A DNA stretch of 64,000 nucleotides from Perna viridis (Eukaryota), in NCBI GenBank assembly GCA_037379345.1, contig CM074517.1, positions 31,310,001 to 31,374,000 of the forward strand. The letters are read 5' to 3'. The position numbers and the translations under genes were made by a program. The notes beneath the pieces were generated by a model. It had not been told where the DNA came from. It did not search any database and worked only from the letters and a program-made list of their open reading frames with translations. Positions 55,585 through 64,000 of this stretch are shown here, one piece after another. How positions within the stretch are numbered: the first letter of the stretch is position 1; each line of letters starts with the position of its first letter.

Positions 55585-58500
55585 TGAAAACTTTAGTATA
55601 TTGTATCAATTTTGGTGCATTCTTTCAAAGGATAATATTTTTGTATGTCTTTAGAAGGTAGAGTTAATGTTAACCATATATTAACTGGATATGCCAGAAA
55701 ATTTGTGTAAAATTTGCATGCCCAGAAATGCACATCACAAAATAAGATTTTGTTTTTTGAATGAAATTTTTCATTGGTGAAGTTTGAAAATAAGGACTTC
55801 TTGGCAAGTTTAGAAAATAATAATTTTTAGGCTGAAAACTATTGATAAAATTGATTTGCAATTTTTTTTAAAATTTGTTTTTAGTTGAAAAAAATTAAAC
55901 GGTTTGATAAAAATAATAAAAAATAATAGCAGTTTAAATATTATCTTTCAAGGACCTTTTTTTTTGCAGTGTTCTAATTTTTGTAAAAAAAAAATTAAGG
56001 ATAAAATTAATTATCAGAAATTTGAACTGATCTAAAATGAAGGGAAATAACTTGTGCATGACTACATTGTAAGTTGAAATATTGGTTAACTACATTACTG
56101 TAAGGCCTTTTTGTGGAGAGGCATTTATTGATTGTTTAATGACTTGATAGTCAAATTATAGTGTATGTAAATAGGTATTTGTTTAAAGGCGAAGGTTAAT
56201 ATTTTTTTTAAATATTAGCCAATGTCTTAGCCTCTTTTTGGGCATTATTGAATTTCTTTTTTAATTATTGAAAAGGGAAAGTTGGTAATATGATGAACCA
56301 GCAAATAGTGCCATATAATTAATTGCCTTGATCTCAAAAATTGCATGAATTTAATCATGTATAGTTAGGGAGTTTGACTTCTTTTATTTCAATGCTTAAA
56401 ATGGCAATTAATTATATTGAAGATGTTTGTTTTAGAATTGTTGAATTCCTTTTTATTGTTCAAGAAAAATATACTTTTTACAAGTATTGAAATGAAAAAA
56501 AAATGTTCATTTATTGCATTTACTGTCACTTTTGACAGAGTTTATTTTTATAGTTTTGCACATATTTGTGTATTCATTCATTTACCATATGGTCTTTCCT
56601 TTTTCAATCATGTGCTTGACTTTTTTTTGTCATTTTTTCCCATGCATAACATTACTTCATGTTCATTTTGCCCATCACATGACTTTCAAATAAGATTCAA
56701 AGAGAGATAACTCAATGTCTTTTTTTTTTTGACAAGGATCATGAATAATTCTATGCAATCTTACAAAATGGTCTTTCTTGATACAATAATGAAGAAAACG
56801 CAAATTTTTGTAACAGTCGGAGTGGTAATACTAATGTTTATTAAGTTATTTGGCTACAATATAAAACAATTATGACAAGTACTGCTCTTTTGTCAAAACA
56901 GCACTACACTTTGGAATGCTGTGAATTTTTCATTAAATGAAAACACTTACCACTCAATCTATTGAAAAAGGAATGAGATTCCTTTGTCAATTTCTGTCTC
57001 TTTTTTGGTTGTTTTAATTAATGCAAAGTTTTAACTATATCTAGAATAAAAAAAAAGTTTGGTGGCTAATTTAAATAAAAATTTTGATTTAAAACCACAA
57101 ATTATTCTTGCAAAATTGTTGTTACATAATTTAAAACCACATTGATGTCCTATGTAGTTATTTTTAAGCACATGTAGTTCTTATGTCATACTTTTATCAA
57201 AATGGAGGCCCAATAGAGGTTAATTTTGAAAATAATTGCTGATCTTGAATATTACAGATTTTTAAATACAAACATGAAATTGCAAACACTCAAAAGCATT
57301 TTTCAGGGAAAATAGATTTGCTTTCAGTGTTGATGACACAGGTCAAAATGAATAAATGATAAGCTGCATGCATGTCCAAAATTTATTATGAAAAATATCA
57401 TCATTTCATGAGGCCAAATAAAGAAGATGCTTGAAAACAGTTTCCTATTACCTTACCTACCCTATATTTTCAGCTAAAAATAGCCTTTTTGTCATTTTTC
57501 AATCAGGACAATTCTCCCAGAGTATATAAAAAAGTTGTTACTATCTTCCCTGTTTTTTCTAAGTTGTAATGGGAAACACTTTTTTGGCCTAATTTTGGCA
57601 GCTATTTCATTTCAAGTCATTATCATTGCACCTTCATCTGTAGTCATGACAACCTTTTTTGTGAATTTTTGTCCTTTCCAAATGGCAAAATGTTTACAAT
57701 TTACACTGTTTAAGTTTTATCGAATAATTGATATAATCAAGAAATCAGTTACTTTTTGTAAGCCTATCTATCCCCAGGTGTCTTTACATACATGTACAGT
57801 ACTAACTTGTATTTATTTTGATACAGAGGACATATCACATCACCAAAAAAAACCTGTCTGAATCCATAAGATTTCACTGAAACTCGTTTACAGTCAATAA
57901 AATTACTCAGAAAAAAAAAACAATTTTGGTTGAAAACCCTGTTTGGAGGTCAAGAAAGAAAGTACAAATCAGAACTGGTAATGATTGAATGAACAGACAA
58001 GATATACATTGCACAGAATAATGACAGTCTAGAAGACAAGACAAAACATCACAATGAACCCTGTCGGGTAGGATTTTATGCTCGGTGAGACATCCAAAGA
58101 ACTGACCATAAAATAATATAAATTCATCAATGGGTTGTTGTAACTGATATTTTTAAACAAAAACAAAAACAGTTTAATAATAGTATGGCACTCTCAGCAG
58201 CATTTGTAGACACTTGGTTTTCTTGTGATAGCTTGAATCTTCGTGGTTCCACAATGTCATATACTTCAAATGTTTGGGTTCAATTATTTTTGGGGATTAA
58301 TGACTTTTCACTTTGTAAGAATTTTAAAAAAAGTTTTTTCTCTAAAAAAATGATTAAGTAGTAGTAAATGGAATTATGGACCTCTATGAATTTGTATGAG
58401 ATTTATTCCACAAAATCATGTGATGGTGGTGTTGCCATCAGTGGCTTATGTATGGGATTCAATCTCCATTACCAATCTTGTCCGATGAAAATTGGCAGTT

Positions 58501-59370
58501 GGTGCTTCTCTGCTTACCCTACCAATACAGCTGGTCCATGCTCCCAGTTTTTTGTGTATTATTTCGATTTATTTATATTCTTTGTTGTGTTTGTCTTTTG
58601 ATTTCTTCTAGAATCTTGGTTCCCTTGATTACTCTGCAAGGTGAACAGATAAAAAAAGATGTTGCTGGTTAGCTTAGGTCAGATTGGGTGGTAGTCTGTA
58701 GTTAAGTACCAGTCCTTAATAAAAAGCAGACAGGAGGTGATTCATGCATGTCAAAAACCCACCAAATTCACTTTTATTTATTGTTTAGAATCGGTTACAG
58801 AACACAAAACCAGTCTTAGTTTTCCATTTGGGAGTTGTGCTTTTGATATAAAATTTGTATAGAATGCACATGAAATTAGCACTTTGCAAGAGTTATCGCT
58901 CTTGACTTGGTTGAATTTAGTGGGAGATTAATATATAGTTTTCTCATAAGTACATATCTAAATACAGGAAAGACTATTGTCACATAGAAATATAGCATTT
59001 GTAGACCAAGAAAGCAATGTCTGTTCCATGTTTTTTTTCACGCCATGAATCGCCTCTACCACAGGCAGTATCTGAATTTTATATGAAATGGTACTTAAAA
59101 CTTCTGGTATACTGGTTCTTTTCAATAGAAAATTGATCTCCATTTTATTGATTATCTGAATCTCCCAAAAAAAGCTGGAAAGTTGGTGACCTCAGTTTTT
59201 ATCAACACCTTAAGAAACCATTATAATTTTTATGATGTGTAGGTCATTTAATGACATACAATAGTTCAAGTTTGTATTTATAGCCTCTACATCTGAATTC
59301 TATGCTTTTATTTCTTGTTCTCTCACAATTCATACTGAATTAATATGCAGTTACTCAATAAGTCTATTAA

Positions 59371-59731
59371 GTACCATTCTGTGTAAGAATCAGGCAATGG
59401 GTGGCACATGATATTTCTCAATTTGACTTTTTTGCCTCAAATATATTCAGTACATCTAAAAAACAACTGAAAAGCTATTTAAATTTATCCTAAAGCATCT
59501 GTGACATAGATATTTTTTGACTGCTCATATAAGGAAGAAGTGTGGGAAAATATTACTGCCATTTTTTCCTAGTGCATTTCAACTAAAATTGACTTGTCAG
59601 TATCTTAAAAAGGCAAATTTGACAAACACTTTGGTGGTTATTTCTGGAGGTTTTCAGGTATAAATACTTGATGTGTACTTAATGTGCCACACCTTATACA
59701 CATTTTGCCTGATTCTAAGATGGAGAAGTAC
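59371..59731 (-). mobile_element. TTAA-flanked MITE (copy 2, inverted relative to 11870)
   Basis: Reverse-complement match to 11870-12224. TTAA at 59367-59370 and 59732-59735. Confidence 0.8.
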
Positions 59732-60554
59732 TTAAAGGGTGTTCAATTATTTGAAGTGTAAATGTAGTGCAAGGTATTTTATTAAGGAGAACAGCAACTT
59801 CAAATCAATGGAGCACCCTGTTACAGTGTTGCAAAATTAAGTCTTTCCTAGGTTTTCATAATGACCAAATACCAACTTTTGCTTTTTTCACCCCCGCAAA
59901 CATAGATTGAGGCATATAGAGGAATCACCCAGTCTGACTTTCCGTTCGTCAAATGTTCACATTCCTAGTAAGTGCAACTTCTCCTAAACCGCTTGAGGAA
60001 TTATGCAATTGAGGAATTGAAGTGCAACTTGGGAGTGAAGTTGGATGACTTCAAAGGGAGATAATCCAAATTAAAGGTTTTACATTTAAGTCCATTTGAA
60101 GTTGGGGTATTCACAGTATTTCTAGTTATCATAACTTCTGGTCTTTTTATATATTGTATATGTTGGATTTTAGTGTCCCCTCCCGAAGGTCTTTGCACAC
60201 AGTATGAATGAATATATTATTGGCTTCGGGTAATGACATCAATGTACTTAGTATGTACTTTCAAATGTAAATTGTACACCATATATAATTGTACATGGTT
60301 TCATGGTTCAATGAATAATAAAGAAGGATGTAATGGAGTGACTATGCACAGTTATGGTAGCTAGTACTTTAGGTGTAGATCCAGAGATTTTGAAAAAGGG
60401 GGATAGGCTTACCCAAATTAAGCACAAAATTAACGAACTCTTTAAACTAAGGTGGTTTCAAACTCTAGAACCCCTTCCCCTTTGATCCACTGCTATTGTA
60501 CTTGTCAATCAAAGTAGCTCTTTTTAAATGGTGAATGCATTTGTTATCATTTTA

Positions 60555-60936
60555 AATAGCACTCCAGATAAGAATCATGCAAAATGTGACTTAAGGCTGG
60601 AAAGCCTACACATTTTAAATTGTTATACTAAACAGGGATCAACATGTGACTTTTCATATAACCCTTGTTCTTAGGAGACAAAAATTATATAAAATGCACT
60701 ATAGAATTCAAAATTAAGGGAGATAACTCTATAAATGACACTAAAATACAATAGGAACTATTGGATTTTCAATATGGATTATTTCATAAAAGCAGAAAGA
60801 TAGGAATGAATAATTGTACATTTCAACATATAGAATCATGAAACAATTTAATATAAAAAATAAAAATGTGTAGCCTTTTTTGGGGGCTCATATTTCAAAA
60901 TTTGCATGATTCTTATGAAAACTGAAGACTGTTACT
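60555..60936. mobile_element. MITE with subterminal inverted repeat
   Basis: ATAAGAATCATGCAAA (60568-60583) / TTTGCATGATTCTTAT (60901-60916). Confidence 0.55.
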
Positions 60937-63900
60937 TAAATACTTCATGTGAATGAACAATGACTTAAAATTAGTGTTTTAAATATAATTCTGTTTTGAC
61001 CTTGACAATTGAAATGATAAAAAAAACCATTCACTGTAATATAACTTTATAATCTCCCATTTAAAGTCACATATTAGAAGTTCCTTCTATTTGATATCTT
61101 CCTTATAACTAATTACAGAATCTTTTACTAAAGAGTGCACTTGACAGGCACAATTAAAGGCCTACTTTACAAGCATATATAAGCAATGGACATGCTCAAG
61201 ATGTCAGGTTGGTTGAAGTACAGAATTAGTGAGGGATATGTTTTCTTTTAATTAGAATCCCTGCAGAAAGACTTTTTCATCACAAGTGCTATATATGTTC
61301 AACAAAATGTGTCCTAACTTACCTAATCTGCTAAAAATTTCAATACCCGAGACATTTCTATAGGCAGTTTAAAGTGAACATTCTATCCCAGAGAAATGTT
61401 ATATACAAAACAATAAATCTGAATTTAAAGAAATTGAAACCTACCTTGAAATATTTTTAAAAAAAATAAAAATCATAAAATCTGTCAATGTTATTCTTTT
61501 CACAATTTAAACAATTATCAATTTAGTAAAATTAACTTTAAAACCACATTGTCCCTTTTTTGCATCTTATTCCTCAAGTCAATAAACACAACCCATGAAG
61601 TCATTCCCAGCCATCCTATGGCAGTATGGCACCTTTGTACAATTTAAAAGAGATTGGTTCACTTTCACTAAAGTTATTATCTGCACATCAGATAAAAGTT
61701 TAAGCTACGACACCCATAATCAATTCTAGGGTTCCTTTTGCAGTATTGAACCTTGAACTACATCCATTCCCTAATAGTAGTTTTTGACATTCTGAAAATG
61801 CTTGTTTCTGGGCCCTCATTTACACATAGTTCAAGTAATAATCCCCGAAAATCAACCCAAGCCTTCCTTTAGTGGTATGACACCTTGTGGTACAATTTCA
61901 AAGAGTTCCATTGACATTTACGGGTACTCATGTTATTGCCAGCAGCGTATTATGTTTTTTGCAGTTGTATAATAATGTTATATGAAGGCAATGTTTTTGT
62001 GATCATAGGCCTTAGTTAAAGTGGTTTCATTTCTTCCACCAGTGGGTATCATGACTTTATTTCTTTCCAAAATTTTTATTTTGTGGTGGATATTGGGGGA
62101 GGGGTCCAACAGTCCCTTTTTTTGTTGGGAAATTCCATCAGTTTTGTGCAAAATTTGGACAAAATAGACATATGATAGCCTGAAACCCTGGATTAGACCC
62201 CCACCCCATTTATAAATTTCTAGATCTGCCCCTGAATATACAAGAAGCAGTATGCTTCCACAGCAATGACCTAATAAACCTTAAAATTTACTCAAATTGA
62301 AGGAGCATGATGAAACATGCGTAAATGTAATAACTAAAAAATATATAACAATGTACTTGAATGCACGTACATATTTACACAATTTTATCTACATCTATCA
62401 TGCTGTAGGAACAAGGTACCTGAATCACATATTTCCCATAAAAATCCCAAATACTTATGAATTCAATTAAAAGCATCTTTCACAAATGAATGTTAGGACA
62501 ATATATGTCCTTCTATGACCTACATGTGTAATCAAAAAGATAATGTGTATGCACTGAGAAACAAAACATGTTAATGGGTAATTTACATGTAGTATATTTA
62601 TAAATTTCAGGAAGTTAAATATTGTAAGAAGTGTTTTTTAAATGTTTTTTTTACTGGACTTGTTTTTTATAATACATGATGTTACTTTGTATGTATGATT
62701 TTAGTTACTTTATGTTCTTTGTTGTATATGTGTTTTCCATGTCTGGTCTTTGTCCCTGGATTACATTCTTTTGATTACTGCTATTTCCTACTATGTGCCA
62801 AGAAAACTCCTGCAAATTGTTTTTATGTAGAAGGATTATGATTTCTGACAAGACCTCTCTAAAAAACTGAGGTCATTTAAGTATCTACCAAATATATACA
62901 CATGAATCGAGTAAGAAATTGGATAATTTATTGTTGAATGGTATAACAAAAGTTTTACAATTAAATTATTGACATTGTAAATTCTGTGTAACCTACATAC
63001 CACCTAAAAATCAGAACTAAGGTATGAATCAAATCACAATACAGAAATACTGATATACTTACTACCTAGTGGTGCATACAGTGCCATAGTCAGGGTCACT
63101 TCTAAGGCAAACAATATAAACATTCTAGTATCCTGCTCCCTTCTGAACAACCATTATAAAGGTCAGCTAAAATAATTCCTTGGTTCTCGGGCCTTCCTTC
63201 CCTCACCTCTTTTAAGGATGCCTCATCACTTTTTAATACCATACAAAAGTTTAAAAAGCGGCACTTACAATTTTTTTCTTAAAATGCACCCACATCACTT
63301 TTTGGCAATAAAAAAGTAAATAAAAATGCAAGTATCTCCCCCATTGATTTTCATGAAAATTTGTACAAGAACCAGAAATTTCTTGGAATGGCCTAAGATA
63401 TCTCAAATTTATGTTTGTTAGTTCATTAAATCATATATGATCATGACCTTTCTAATTAAGTTTAAAAAAAATATATCAAAATAAAGATATAATGTATATG
63501 ATGTATGATATAAAGCTTTCGCACAAGGCAAAAAAAATACTCTTAAATCTAAGTGCATAGTACCTTTTTTGCTTTAAGTAAATATTCAAGGTATTCAAAG
63601 TAAAAAAAATCAAGGTGTGATTTCTGACTATGGCCTGCTCAACACAAAAAAAAAACAATGGCTTGCTGTTAGTTTGCACACATCCCAACCAAGCAAAGCT
63701 GTAGCTTTGAAGTTGATGAAAGAAAATGATTCAAGAACTCATTCATATAATTAATATGAAAATCTATAAAGTAACTATACATATATGCACTAATAAATTT
63801 TACTGAATCATACAAGTCAGTTTGTATTAAACTATAGTTTCCCCAAAAAGTAGGATCACCTCTATTACAACTTTTTTCAACCTTTACTCAAACCATAATG

Positions 63901-64000
63901 TGCTATTCTACAATGGAATAGTTACAATTTTATACAATATCTTGTTTTAATACTTGATCAGCATCAGAACTTTCCTTCTATATAAAAATATAGATTTGAC

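Noticed and set aside
52000-57500. 7SK snRNA gene next to HEXIM
   Set aside because: I found no 7SK-like 5' stem with paired GATC motifs or matching 3' stem.
56000-64000. Short ORFs in the AT-rich region downstream of HEXIM, and likewise at 6000-14000
   Set aside because: Low-complexity F/I/L/K-rich translations with no splice-consistent chain or motifs, consistent with UTR, intergenic DNA and repeat remnants.

Overview
AT-rich animal genomic DNA with spliceosomal introns. The repeat types suggest a bivalve mollusc, possibly Mytilidae (inference). Four protein-coding genes were reconstructed by hand. COA3/CCDC56 is on + (2138..5714, 2 exons) and is split by a clear U12-type minor-spliceosome intron. 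MCM6 is on - (32680..14262, 16 coding exons, about 803 aa) with an E2F/E-box/CCAAT promoter. A stand-alone NHL-repeat beta-propeller gene is on + (43458..48008, 2 coding exons). An intronless HEXIM is on + (54706..55584). The rest is introns and intergenic DNA containing RTEX-like LINE and Penelope-like remnants, Helentron-type non-autonomous elements with internal satellites, several MITEs and minisatellites. Two unannotated features stand out. (1) One MCM6 intron holds two duplicated box C/D-like RNAs with an 11-nt antisense element to the 5' end of U4 snRNA and a compensatory base change, so they are candidate scaRNAs or a composite sno-lncRNA. (2) There are three full-length copies of a ~500-bp SINE-like retroposon with no tRNA head. 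It starts instead with a pseudoknot-capable structured module and shows a compensatory substitution between copies, making it a candidate ribozyme- or RNA-structure-headed retroposon. All calls were made by eye; no searches or folding programs were run.
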